The translations under genes were made by a program, and so were the position numbers. Of a stretch of DNA of 64,000 nucleotides, positions 1 through 13,034 are shown one piece after another; positions within the stretch are counted from its first letter, which is position 1; each line of letters opens with the position of its first letter. The stretch comes from Lingula anatina (taxonomy: Eukaryota > Animalia > Brachiopoda). The notes beneath the pieces are model-generated. The model did no database searches. It was not told where the DNA came from and was given only the letters and a program-made list of their open reading frames with translations. The stretch covers positions 19,030,587 to 19,094,586 of the forward strand of contig CM120648.1 in assembly GCA_051362555.1 (NCBI GenBank), in the 5' to 3' direction.

Positions 1-296
1 TGTGCTGTCACCTACTGATCATCTGTACAAGTATAAGGGCAGCAGAGAAGGCAGTGAACTGAGGTTTCCAAGTGGAGTGTGCACAGACAGCTATGGTCAC
101 ATCTTCATTGCTGACAGTGGTAACAACAGGATAGTGGCACTGAGTCCACAGGGACAGTTTATCAGATACATTGTCACTGAGGATGATGGGTTGAAGTTTC
201 CCATTGCAGTAGTCATCAACCCTGCTACTGGTCAGCTGGTGGTGGGAGAGGGGAGAGACAATGTTAAGACATTCCAGTACATTGAACTGAAACAAG
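1..296 (+). CDS. NHL-repeat beta-propeller exon (last blades, TRIM2/3-like NHL); 5' part outside window; probably spliced onto the Roc-COR-caspase exons
   Basis: ORF 2..304 has NHL consensus (LRFPSGVCTDSYGHIFIADSGNNRIV; LKFPIAVVIN). Strong donor CAAG|GTAAGT after 296, phase 1, matching the phase-1 acceptor at 4010. Confidence 0.85.
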
Positions 297-1113
297 GTAA
301 GTAACATGTATTAACTGTGGATAGATATGATTATTATGTAAATATTTTGAAAGTTAATTAGTCTTACAATGTTTTTATCCATAAATATGTTTGCCTTTAT
401 TTCAATAAAAAACTTTTTAAGCATATTTAAATTCAGTGAGCACACAGCTGTGCTTTAGTAAAAATGTATGTAGAGTGGAGACATTTTCTATAGTTAATAC
501 TTTACTGTTACTGACCAATTTCCATGAACCCATTATAGTGATTAGGATTTTGAATAATGATGAAGAACTCTTTTTAATGGAATTTATAGTATGCTTTATT
601 TGTATTTTTATTAAGTCAGAAGAAAAACATCTTACATTGTTTAATCCCTGAACTTCTTGTCCATTTGTCAGTGAAGAACAACTCAAATCTCACAACAGAA
701 CAGTCCAATTCTTCATATTCTTCATCTTGTAGCTGTTCATGAAAGCTTAGATATACCTAAATTCTCAAATGTACTTTGTCAAGTTTCTTGATGTCTTACC
801 ACTTCTAGATTCAAAGACATTTCATCACCAGTTTGTTGTTAACACACACAAATAAATTAAATGTTGAAGTACTTTGGATGATACCTTATTTTCCTGACTT
901 TGTGGATTGTTCTTTGCAAATAAAACTAGCAGACGACCATTTTTCATGAAATGGAACTACATTTCACAGGAAGTAGTGTATTCATACACAACAGTGACCT
1001 TGGGTTTGGAATACAAAAAAATAGTACATGCATTCATACTGTCACAGCATGTAAATTATAATGAAATATACAAAACTAAACACATTTTTATGTAACACAA
1101 AAAGTTAAATGCA

Positions 1114-1165
<52 letters not shown>

Positions 1166-2580
1166 ATTATTATACTGGATAAAAATGTTGATGAAATGGT
1201 TTTGACCACCTTTTTGGACTTTTTAAACTTCATGCTGATGGACCCACATATTTATGTCAAAGTCCCGGACCAAATCTAGTCCCATGCATAAAAAGCCCAG
1301 ACCCCATGTTTATTACGCCCTGGCTGGGCCCATTCTTAATTGTGTTTGTTTTGTTAACAGCATAGCGGGCAAGTTAATTGACCAAGTTAATTGGCCAAGC
1401 TGCCAGTTTGTTTGTATGGCATGTGCAGGGGATGTCTTATAGAATAATAAAATCAGACAGAATATGCTGTGATTCCTAAATAAAATAGATGGGGGGGGGG
1501 GGGGGGGTAGGAGACACCAAGGGGCTCATGATTATAAATACCATATAGCATTAATAATGATGGTTACATCCCAGATATTTTGCTCCTATGAACAGTGTCT
1601 TTGATATCAGTCTATCGGCAATCTCCAATCATAAATTGTTAATTTATCAGACACTTGTAACATTAACCACATTTAATTGTTCACCCTGATTGTGAAACAG
1701 CCGTTTGCTCCAGATGTTCTTAGTCTTCTCCAAATTAAAAAAAATATATATGGATGTTGATAAAATTTATTCTGAACAGTCTATAAGCCAGGCAGATTCA
1801 GTACAATGGCATATGTATTTGTAGGTTGATAAGTTATTAAATAAAGAAAAAAAAAACTTCATGTAATAATCATAATAGTGATACATAATACATGTATGAT
1901 GATACATTTCACCATGTAATGATGCAAACAACATCAAATGGAAACAAAAATAAACTTGTTATTAAACCAACTCAACAAATGTTTGTGCCAAGCAGATATT
2001 TAGCATTGTACAATGTACATGTATTTCAGGAACTGCTCAGAATTATGCTGATTGCCATTTCAATTCTAAATTAAACAAACATCAACGTTGCCTACAAAAC
2101 TGATACAACTGCACCAAATATCTCTTGCTATATGAAATACTTGTTGAAATGATGTTTTCAATAGAACTTATATTTTGTTTCATTTTTTTTATTTAATCAT
2201 GAGAAAAACATTCTAAAATGTTTAATCCCATTTCTTAGTATTATCATTATGCTTCACATATATATCAAGGCTGTTGCAATGTTTTTTTTTTTTTTTTAAC
2301 TAGTAAGCAAAATCTCTTACACTGCTACAGCACATCATCTACTAGCTACAATTTTTACATCTGATGGTTTTTAAATTAAAACTTACTGTCCCTGTGATTC
2401 ATCAGCTGAGATTTTTTTTTTTTTTGAATAAGTCATATTGTGTAATATTATTCTGTGTTGTTGTTAAAGGGATAACAACTGTTTGTATGATATCCATATT
2501 TACTAATAAATATATTGTAAACAACTCATAAAAATATAACAAATTATGTTTTACCACTAAAATGGCAGTCAACACATTTA

Positions 2581-3545
2581 TTAGTACCACCAGCCTGTAA
2601 GCTGTTGGTACTCCTAATTTTATTCCCGACCCGTCTCATACAGCTCCACTAGCTCCGCATTCTGGAGCTGGATACAAGTCACCATTCTCCTCCTAGACCC
2701 CAAGGACCCATGTCCCCATCTCTTGGATTTAGGTCACATATTATCTCAATTTGAACCCTTTTTTTTGGCTCAGTTGGTGCATTATCCTGGGCATGACGTT
2801 CGTTGAAACGCACCCTTGTCAAAATTTTTGAAAATTCGATGCCAAATATCTCTGAAACCAAAGGAATTATCGGAAAAATTACTATAGAATTTTGACCGAA
2901 AGTCATATTTGTAGATTCCAGCTATGCCCTTGGATTTGACAGTTGACCTTTATCTCAAGGTCAAACAGGCCAAAATCTCCAAAAAATGGGGATTTAAAAA
3001 AATATGTTTGTGCCAATTTTTAGAAACTACACCGACCTAAGTGGGGGGATTACAATTTGGGACTTCTTCGGGAGTTTGGGGTCAATAGGTGCATTTTCAC
3101 AGGAGAGGCAGCCGTTAGATGCCAAAGCTGAAAACTCTCTATTAAACCAGAACCCTAAATACAAGAGACCTCTTGTTTTTTGCATTTCGTAGAGCTTGTC
3201 AAGCTCAATTGATACGTACTGGGGTTGGAATCCATTTTTTTGTTTGTTTTTGATATGTAGGTTAGGAGTTGTGCTATATAAAAAAGTACATTTCAATATT
3301 CAGTAGTGAAGCAAAATGTGAAATACTCAAAAACTGGCAGAGATACACCCATGGTTACTATTGACCTTGAATAAGAAGTCACATACTGGCAGCCAAACTG
3401 TGACCTTGAAATTGACCTTTGACCTACTTTTTCATCTTAAACTAAGTCTTGCAAATTTTTTGCCTCTTTTATCTGCAAAAATGGCAGAGATACACTTATA
3501 GTTACTATTGACCTTGAATAGGAAGTCATATACTGGCAATCTTAC
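2581..3545 (+). mobile_element. Truncated, diverged Helentron-type (HINE/DINE-like) element
   Basis: 5' hairpin GTACCACCAGC..GCTGTTGGTAC, body similar to the 6521 and 13035 copies, about two repeat units, no 3' end. Confidence 0.65.
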
Positions 3546-3854
3546 TCTACGCTGCTTTGTAATCTGGAACATAGTCCATCTTACACGTCAGACTTTGTGT
3601 GCAAATCGACTTTGTGATTTATGAAAAATGTCTGTATACTTCACTTTGTTCTTCAGCAGTGATTCAGTATCCAGATTACACACCCTTTTTATCTATCTGT
3701 CTATTTTACTCGAAGTTTGTTTTACCCTGATATAAATAAAGCACCATAGTATTTTTGGGAATTTCTCAATTCAATTCAAAAATTTAATTAAGCTGCGATT
3801 TATCAACTTTTGTCATCGTGAAAATGTGAGATTTTACATAACACACTGTTACTC

Positions 3855-3965
3855 TCAAGCACATATGCAGGCATCCACCTCTCTAGATTTTCTCTCGCTT
3901 CCTCTCTGCTATCGATCACTTCACAATAAATATAACGTCTGCAAACATCATCGTTCACCTTATCC
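3855..3965 (-). mobile_element. Short RTE-type LINE RT fragment
   Basis: Minus strand reads MMFAD... and, frameshifted, DSREEARENLERW. Confidence 0.45.
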
Positions 3966-4009
3966 ATGAGTCCTTTTGTCAATCTGAAGCATAACATATG
4001 TATTACCAG

Positions 4010-4240
4010 GTGAGTTTAATGAACGGCTTCGCCGATTGTGTGAAAGTGGTAAGATTCCAGTATACCGACAGCGAGTAGCTATTGTTGGACCTTACGGTGT
4101 GGGGAAGACTTATCTCGCCAAGCGCCTCATCCATGAGGAATATATCAAAGAAGAAGATGCAAATACAACTGGCGTGAATATATACCGCCATAGGTGTGTT
4201 GTCCATAAAGCTGGCCGATCCTGTTGGATCAGAGGAAAAG
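4010..4240 (+). CDS. Roc GTPase exon with P-loop (G1) and G2
   Basis: ttaccag|GT GAG..., translation EFNERLRRLCESGKIPVYRQRVAIVGPYGVGKTYLAKRL...NTTGVNI; donor AAAG|GTAAGC, phase 1-1. Confidence 0.88.
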
Positions 4241-4689
4241 GTAAGCAGAATATAGGAAAACGTTAGACACATATGGAATATGTTTATAAAGAATACAAAG
4301 AACAGAAGATAAGACATTTTCAATTTTACCACATAATTCACAATAAGGAATTATACATACGTGTACGTGTGGGTGTCGAAATGTGTCCTTCCCTATCTTA
4401 GTATGGTAGACGAGGGGCTGAGTGAAATAGTACCTAAATAAGTAGTGCCTTTGTATTGTTATCAATCAATTGACATACATGACACTTTACAATCTACTCC
4501 TACAGCCCATTGATTATTTTTTAACTGGGTACAAACACTATAATTTCATTCTTTGTAAAAACACCATGCTTTATTCTACTCAATATTGAATTGAATTTTT
4601 CAACGGTGTAGCCTGATACGTACACTCAGAAAGGGTACATTTAGATACAACGCTTGATCTACCTGTATGATCCTTCCAACTATTCTCAG

Positions 4690-4845
4690 ATGATCCAAAA
4701 GACCAGTTTGCACAAAACATGGCAATTGGAGTACAGAATTCAGATACATTTTGTGAGCCGGACTTAACAGTATTGGACCAAACGCCACTAGAGGAATCCC
4801 CACCAGATTCAGAAGAGAATATTAATAACATGCTGACAAATAGAG
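4690..4845 (+). CDS. Roc insert exon (acidic, low complexity, 52 codons)
   Basis: ttctcag| ... AGAG|gtatt; 156 nt, open in phase 1-1 (DDPKDQFAQNMAIGVQ...EESPPDSEENINNMLTNR). Confidence 0.7.
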
Positions 4846-5059
4846 GTATTGTACATGATTGTCTCGAATAGTTCATCTTGGTGCAATTTAAACAGATATT
4901 TGTAGTTATTCTTCTTTTTTGCCAAGAGATTCCACCTTCTATGTGTTTTTCTTTGGCCATTCCACATATATGTGCCTTGAAAACGTTTTTGTTTTCTTCA
5001 AGGTTGATTCTTTTTCTGTTAGAATGTTGTTTGATATTATTCTTCTCTTTATTCTACAG

Positions 5060-5110
5060 CCGCTTCCCCTGATGACAGTGAATCACCTGCCTCTCCTGAC
5101 AAAGCAGCAG
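5060..5110 (+). CDS. 51-nt micro-exon of the Roc insert
   Basis: Polypyrimidine tract + tacag|, donor CAG|GTAAGT; AASPDDSESPASPDKAA, phase 1-1. Confidence 0.65.
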
Positions 5111-6520
5111 GTAAGTAGTTCACATGTAGTAAAACAAAATTCTCGTGTATTGCTCAGAATGTTCGAGAGTTTTTCTTAGCTTGTTGATAAGGTATGTGAG
5201 TTTCTATCTTCTTATTTTCATCATACTGGGACTTTGAACTCACATGGGCATGAAGCCTGGTGGTAATCAAATTTTCTTAATGTCCATGTTTTTAATAGAA
5301 GATAATTAAAATTTTGTGGTATTTATACAGTTGACCATTATGTTATATTGCATCAAAAACCTACTTTGTGCACTATCACCATAACGTTATAAAAAGAAAA
5401 CTGTTACCTATTTTATATTTACAAAAAATGATTCTTAGGATTGACAAACAGCTTAAATTAGAAAAACCAGCTCTTTTGAATTATCCTTTTTATCGAATTA
5501 TGCATTTTTTGTGAAATTTTTATTTATCTCATTCTGGTGTGAGCTTGAACTCTCATGGGCCTGAAGCCTTATGCTTTTACTTACATCGTTATATACTGTT
5601 GTGCATAATTAAATTTTGGGGTTGACTGTGCAGTTAAGCATTGTATTACATTAGAACTGACAGCCTCCTATTTTGTGCATTATTATTTTCTGCTTTATTA
5701 AAATTGTGACTTAGATATTTCATGGGCCTGAATACCGTTGCTAGTCACATTTGGGTGACAAGCCTCTAATCTTCCATTGGGTAACTACTAGCTAAATTCA
5801 GAGCTATAAGGTCATTTGCCTAAATTAAGTTTCAAGTGGCAATAAAATGAGATCATATAAAACACACATGTTGAGATTCCCTGTAAACTCCCATAGGTTA
5901 AGTTTTCTGCCAGATAACAGTGTCCATAATAGGGAAGCAGTGATAATTATGCAGATAAATGTTGTTTAATTTTGCAAATTAGTTTTCAAAAAATTATTTT
6001 GTATAATGCCAACATTAATGCTAGTTTTAAAAGCAGCTTTACTGAAATGTTTTGTTTTTAATTTTTTTCAAACACTAAGGGTTTCAACTCAATTTTTAAC
6101 TCCCCTCCACCTGAAGCTCTGCACATTTTCTGTTTTCCCACAAAAGCAGTTGTATTGGTATTTATGTATTTCAGCATTATGTATCATTATATTATTCTAT
6201 GCACTGCTTTCATATGTCAAATATTGTGATTTTCATTACTAGTATGTGAATTTGAACTTTCGTGGTCCTGAAACTGTAATCTTATCATAGGGGCAGATTG
6301 GGATCGTCCTCAAGGTTTTCAGGAAGACGGTCAGATTTTAAAGTTAACATTGACGGGTATCTATTTTTTTTGTTGGAAGACCATCTAAAATGGAGGATGG
6401 ATTAACAAAGATATTTTAAAATACTGTCAGAAAATACATTTGGATCCGCTCCTGTTATTGACCATGTTACCTGTTGTGCATGACTTAAATTCAGTGTCGA
6501 TTGACCGTGCTATTACAAGT

Positions 6521-8396
6521 ATTATTGTACCACCAGCATTAGTGCTGGCGGTACACATGGTTTCGGTCCCGTCTGGATCGTTCCGCCGGCTCCGCCGGAC
6601 GGCTACCGTTACCGCTTCTCCTCCTAGACGGTAAGGGCCCCCGTACCCATCTCATGGATTTAGGTCACCTATAATCTCAACTCGTTCCACGTAAAATTTG
6701 GGCTTTGTCGGTATTGGGGTCTGGGTGTGGCACTCATTACAATGCACCCTTGTCTAAAAATGGCAAAATTAAATGCTAATTATCTACCCTATGGAAGGAG
6801 TTATGGGAAAAATTTCTATAGACGGCTTTCCAAAAGTCATATGTGTAGATTTCAAATATACCCTTGGATTTGACCTTTGACCTTTACTTCAAGGTCAAAT
6901 GGGCCAAAATTTTCAAAAAAATGAAATTTTTTACGAAAAATTTTTTTTTTGCCCTGTTATTAAGACACTACACAGACTTAACCAATAATATTATTGGAAA
7001 GTGTTACCCTTCAGGTCATCTTTCATCTCCATGAATTTGTGGTCAATCGGTGCATTTTCACAGGAGTAGCGGCCATAAGATACCGAAACTGAAAACTGTC
7101 TCTAATTCGGGAACCGTTAATGCTAGAGACCCATTCTTTTTTGCATTTTGTAGAGCATGTAAAGCCCAACACTGAATGTGGTCTCGGGTTTTTTTGTATT
7201 CCATACGGTTTTCGAGTAACGCTGTATCAAAAAGTACATATTGGTGGTAAAAGCAAAATGTGCAGTACGGTAATGGATAATAAATTTTGGACTCTGGAAA
7301 AATAAAACATAAGGCTTGGCAAAGCAGACAACTTGTGTTCAAAAATGACATTATTTCATCAAATTTGAACTTATGAAACTTCAGAGCACCTCCTATTTCA
7401 AGAATTTTCACCAAAATGACATTTTCTTTATTTTAAATAATTTTTTCTGTACGAAATTTAAGGCACATTATGGTAACTCCAAAATTATAACATTTAGTCC
7501 CTTATATCCAAAACTGGCAGAGATAGGTCCATAGTTACTATTGAAGTTGAATAGGAAGTCATATACTGGCAATCTTACTGTGACCTTGAAATTGACCTTT
7601 GACCTACTTTTCACCATGAACTGAACTTTGCAAATTTTGCTTCCCTTTCATCTCCAAAACTGGCAGAGATAGGTCCATAGTTACTATTGAACTTGAATAG
7701 GAAGTCATATACTGGCAATCTAAATGTGATCTTAAAATTGACCTTTGACCTACTTTTCACCATGAACTGAATTTTGCAAATTTTGCTTTCCTTTTATCTC
7801 CAAAACTGGCAGAGATAGGTCCGTAGTTACTATTGAACTTGAATAGAAAGTCATATACTGGCAATCTTAATGTGACCTTGAAATTGACCTTTGACCTACT
7901 TTTCACCATGAATTGAACTTTGCAAATTTTGTTTCCCTTTTATCACCAAAACTGGCAGAGATAGGTCCATAGTTACTATTGAACTTGAATAGGAAGTCAT
8001 ATACTGGCAATATAAATGTGACATTAAAATTGACCTTTGACTTACTTTTCACCATAAACTGAACTTTGCAAATTTTGCTTTCCTTTTATCTCCAAAACTG
8101 GCTGAGATAGGTCCGTAGTTACTATTGAACTTGAATAGGAAGTCATATACTGGCAATTTACTGTGACCTTGAAATTGACCCTTGACCTATCTTACGAAGA
8201 ACTTAAATTTGATTGTACCATATATATTTTTTGCAATAGTTTAATAATTCTTGTTGATTGCATTTTTACAGCTTGTCAAGCACAAAACTGGTGGCTGTGT
8301 CCCTTTTTTTGTGTATGTGGGGGTCTATACGAATGCGCTTGCTCCAGCTGGTGGTACAATATTCGGAGGCGGTATCGCCTCTCTGATCCTCTAGTT
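6521..8396 (+). mobile_element. Helentron-type non-autonomous element with about five 146-bp units
   Basis: 5' ATTGTACCACCAGC, 3' sub-terminal inverse GCTGGTGGTACAAT, terminal hairpin GAGGCGGTATCGCCTC and CTAGTT end; units at 7516, 7662, 7808, 7954, 8100. Confidence 0.8.
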
Positions 8397-8478
8397 TATT
8401 ATTGCATCAAAATGAGAAATTAACCTATTTTTTGCATCTTTATTTATTTATTTATTTATTTATTTTGTCTGTAGACTC

Positions 8479-9080
8479 GTCCTTCAAGAAATACATGCCT
8501 TCAAGAAATCGACGAAAACTGGAAGTGCATGTTTTTTGCACTGTTTTTCCTGTCATGCCCATCGTAAACACTGTGTTGTCAAGTAAAAGGAAGCGTCTGA
8601 TACAAAGTATCAAACGCGGCATTGACGTGCTTGCTTGCGATGTGTTCAGTACACTTTGTTTGCACTGACAAGTCGAGGTCAGAAATGCACAATGTTTTTC
8701 TATGTCATTACGCAGTTTCAATTTTGATTAGTGAATTTTCTTTTATCTGCATGGTCATTTTCCGAACATTTGTATAAGCCACGAAATATTTCTCATCGGA
8801 AAATCACCCAGCAGCTTTCCAAGTACAAGCGAGTGACATCATGACGCACTTCCGGTTTTCGTCAAGATCTTGAAGGGATTAGCGTTATGGTTTGCTGCAC
8901 ATTTAAAGCGTTCTGTCTCAAAATGTACTTGACTGCTTGGATTGAAATTTACAGAACTTATTCTTCACATGATATCACACATATGTGCTTAATTTGAGAG
9001 CTTTAACTGTTATATATTTTCTACAGTGCCCATTCAAAATTGAAAAAGAGCTATTTTCCGTCAATTTTTCTTGAAGGGCA
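8479..9080 (+). mobile_element. MITE-like element
   Basis: CCTTCAAGAAA at left, TTTCTTGAAGGGCA at right; related sequence in inverse orientation near 21870-22278. Confidence 0.5.
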
Positions 9081-9468
9081 GGTCTACATTTGACAGATTT
9101 GCTGTCTTGTTTTATCTGGGTACGAACACGACAATTTAATTTTCTGTAAAATAAGTCTTCTTTATATGACTGAGGATTATTTTTCTTTTTGCCAAGGGAT
9201 TCCACCTTCTATGTGTTTTTTGTTGGCCATTATACCTTATGTGCCTTGAAGACTGGGCACTTGATACCAATTATACTTGATCTTATTAGACGCATTTTCG
9301 ATGTAATTTATTTATTTTTATACAATATTTATAGACCAATATCCCAAAGTTATATGTTAAAATTTTGTAAAGAAATTCCTTTATCTTAGCCACGTTTTTG
9401 TTTACTTTAAGATTGAGTCATTTTCTGCTGGAATGGTGTTTGATATTATTCTTCTCTTTATTCTACAG

Positions 9469-9501
9469 CCGCTCCACCTGCCTCTCCTGACAGAGCAGCA
9501 G
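9469..9501 (+). CDS. 33-nt micro-exon, duplicate of 5060..5110
   Basis: Near-identical flanking intron sequence and splice sites; AAPPASPDRAA, phase 1-1. Confidence 0.6.
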
Positions 9502-10333
9502 GTAAGTAGTGCATATGTAGTAAAACAAGATTCCGTCTTTTGCTCATAATCTGCGAGAGTTGTTCTTAGCTTGTCGATTAAGTATGTGAGTTCCTGCATT
9601 CTTATTTTCATCAAACTGTATTAATAATGTTATATTAAAATTGACTATACCTTACAATTTTAATTGATTTTAATGAATGTTAAAACATTCAGTGTTTATC
9701 ACCCAGTTATGTTTTGAGCTTACTCACTTGTATTCAACAGAGAGGATACATTTTTAAGAAAAAAATGTTTTTTTTTTGCAAATTGCCGATAAACCTTCAG
9801 AAACAGATGAAAGCTTCTAATATATTTGATAACTGTTTCACAAAGTTAATTGACACTAAATACATTCAAATTTTGTCAATAATTACGATACTTTTTTATG
9901 CTAAAAAGTTTTATTTTAACCACACTGTTTATTGTACAGTCCTTTTCAAAGGTGAAAGTGGATCTCATACCTCTGGGGAAGAAAACATGAGTAGTATAAG
10001 AATGTTGACGATATGTCGATGTATGAACAGTCCCTGACAAATGAAATAAATTAGATTGAAAGCATGTCTATAAAGATTAAGGTCTAGTCTCTCACAACCC
10101 CCCCCCCCCCTTGAAGAAGGCACATCAGCTGAAAACTCAATTGGGCGCTTGATACCAATTATACTTATTACATGCATTTTCAATCTAATTTATTTATTTT
10201 TATACAATATTTATACAATATACTGCAGGATTAATACGATGATTTGGATAAATATGCACGCATTGCAATACATAACAATATGCATTATGCTAAAATCATT
10301 TAGTTTGGACATAGCTTATTGTATTCATCGCAG

Positions 10334-10463
10334 TGGCAGAAAGGGACCATCTAGATGATATTGACAAGGAGCTATTGGAAAAAATTCAGAAAATTGCCCG
10401 AGGGGAAGATGTGGAGCCAGAGAAACAGGTCACAATTTGGGATTTTGCAGGACAGGATGTCTA
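10334..10463 (+). CDS. Roc G3 exon, 5' half (split by transposon)
   Basis: cgcag| then VAERDHLDDIDKELLEK...KQVTIWDFAGQDVY, the Roc WDFAGQ motif. Confidence 0.88.
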
Positions 10464-12361
10464 CGGTAATGTGCCAAGCATTTCGACCGGCCCAGTCAAT
10501 CCGACCACAAAAATTATTTTATAAAATTAATTTTTCTGGACTCAAACAATTAGTCCATACGTCAAAATCATGGGACAGAATTTTTTTCTTGTTCCGATTG
10601 TTCGACCACATCGTCGACAAGACTCGGTAAATTTTCAAGCCAGTGAAATAGATGCTGCATGCCTCGGCCCTTTGTCAATTGTTGTCCTTTCTATAGCTCT
10701 CGTCAATGAGGAAGAAACAATTAATTGAAGATCTAATCTGGAAGCATGACGTACCTGTCTTTTCCTTTGTCCCCGATGACAATAATAGTGCTTATAGACA
10801 TACAAATTTTGCTATTAAGCAGACTTGCCCTCGCTGACTGATTCATCACGCCCGTAACTGGGGCGAGGGGGGGGGGGGGTTAAAAAAAGGTCTATTCTGG
10901 ATGAAACCAAATATCGACAGTGGGTAAAATACGTCGTAAACACCTTCATATAGACCATATATCGCGTTTGCTAGCAATAAAAAGTTTGGGAAGAAAAAGC
11001 AATTTATTTTCAAGTTCGATTGAAATATATATGCAGATGGGGAAACGTTCTTGAAGTCAACACAGCAAGATCTTACATTTACTACAATCGACCGAAAGAT
11101 CAGCGGGATCGACCGCCCAGACTTCTTGGCGCCAAATACCACGCGCTGTCAAAATCTGACGAACACGTGTCGCTGTTCACCTACATGGATAACTGATTTG
11201 TCAACAATAAAAATGACGTCTTCCTTAACTCCATGGGAGCTTCATAGAGAGTTCCACTGGGTATTTACGTTACCTGTGAGTCACTTTCTATTTCCCTAGA
11301 TGCATGAAATGTTGATAATATTTAGCGTAATCCACGACGAACTCCATTCCTGTGACCCCTCCCCCAAAATGGGACCGTCTTCATTAACATGTGGTTTGCG
11401 CTATGCTGGAACAGACCAGATAAAACCAGTCTCTCATTTCTGCATGTGCTCAATTCTCACGTCAAATTATAAATGCACCTGTTTTGTGAAAATTATGGCA
11501 AGTAAATGCTTTTTTTACGTTCGGGTTGTATCAGTGGGGTTTTCAATATGCACCGTGGTTTGTGCACAGCGAGAGCATATAAGTAAGAAAATCGGAAGAA
11601 TGCCAGCAAAATACTGTATGTCTATCGGCACAGGTACGCTCCGTATTTTGCCTTTACTCAATATGTTTTTATATGACATGCTTTTTAAATAAGATACTTA
11701 ATAGTAATTTGAAGTTACACTGATTTCCGTTTGAGTACCAGTTGGTATGCTTTGATACGGGTGATTGAATTTTCTTCGGAAGTACGTACGTCTACGCCTC
11801 GACGCTGAGCAAGCCTTGCGGGTTGAAAACAACTGATCTCAGACTGGTAAAAAATTTCAGTTCGGTTGATTTCAGTTGTCATATTAAAATTCAAATAGGG
11901 CGTACGTAGATCACATAACTAGTTAAAGTCCACTTAAGCTACCGGTTTCAAATATAAGTGACCGGCCTTTGTTTACAACACCCGTCTCCGGGGAAATACT
12001 CGTCCAACTTGTGAAGCGCATCATGAAAGTGATCGTAGGTGAGGGAAATGTATAATTAAAAATTATAATTGTCGTCTTTTTTAATGTTAAGTAATGTTAG
12101 CACATATTGTACACAGCAAAATAAGTTTTCAGGAGGATAAAACATGCCTGAAACACATGTTAGGCGAAAATTGCGGCTTATCTTGCGTAACACTTCCGGT
12201 AAAATGCAATACTTCCGGAAAGATGGACGTTTTGGCAGATGCCCCTAACAATCCGACGATATCAAAGGTTTCCATTTGCTGTATTTTAATCAATTCGACC
12301 AAACTGACATTTCCATGAAATTAATTAATTAATCTTGGTCGAATTGTTTGGCATATTACCG
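10464..12361. mobile_element. Non-autonomous TIR DNA transposon with TA target duplication (Tc1/mariner-type target), inserted in a coding exon
   Basis: Left end CGGTAATGTGCCAAGCATTTCGACC, right end GGTCGAATTGTTTGGCATATTACCG (imperfect 25-bp TIR). TA at 10462-63 and 12362-63. No transposase ORF seen. Confidence 0.85.
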
Positions 12362-12363
12362 TA

Positions 12364-12479
12364 CTACACCACGCACCAAACATTCCTCTCAGAGCGGATC
12401 ATCTACTTGTTGGTATTCCGACTTGACCAGGACCTCGATGATAAAATCCGTGTATACAGGGGAGAGAAGACGCTGAAAG
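12364..12479 (+). CDS. Roc G3 exon, 3' half
   Basis: Removing the insertion and one TA restores DVYYTTHQTFLSERIIYLLVF; donor AAAG|GTATTG, phase 1. Confidence 0.88.
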
Positions 12480-12743
12480 GTATTGTTGAGCTTTATATCT
12501 TTACATGTATAAGCTACTCAGGGCCCTCATGTAAATAATGGCCTGTCAACTGTGTGTAATTTCTTTATTAAAAGATCCACATTTTTAAATATCTCTATTG
12601 CTCTTAATATATATATATATATAACATTGAGATTTTAGTAGCGTTAATTTTAAATGGTTCCGATGATTGTTTTGGATTTTAATATTCTAGTAATTTTAAG
12701 GATTTTAGTTATATTTACCATTGTAAGCCGCCCAATAAGAAAC

Positions 12744-12774
<31 letters not shown>

Positions 12775-12865
12775 TATTGGCGCTATTTTTTAGCAATGCT
12801 GAGGAGAAAACACTGATTAATATTCATCTTTGCATAAACCTCAAGGCTTTGTATGTATTTTTCAG

Positions 12866-12990
12866 AGTTTATTATGTTTTGGTTAAACTCAATCCATATG
12901 CACACTATTGGAAAATTGAGGGAAGAAGACAAAAATGCCATGCCATACGTCTTGATTATTGGAACTCATAAGGACATGTTATGCCCACAG
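12866..12990 (+). CDS. Roc G4 exon
   Basis: ttcag|; EFIMFWLNSIH...VLIIGTHKD (Roc-type GTHxD); donor CAG|GTGAAA, phase 1 to 0. Confidence 0.88.
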
Positions 12991-13034
12991 GTGAAAACGC
13001 TTTTCTTATCACAATTATTCAATTACTACTGTAC

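Noticed and set aside
5230-6280. Recurring TTGAACT..CATGGGC.TGAA motif in an intron
   Set aside because: Looks like old, degenerate local duplication; no exon or structure could be supported.
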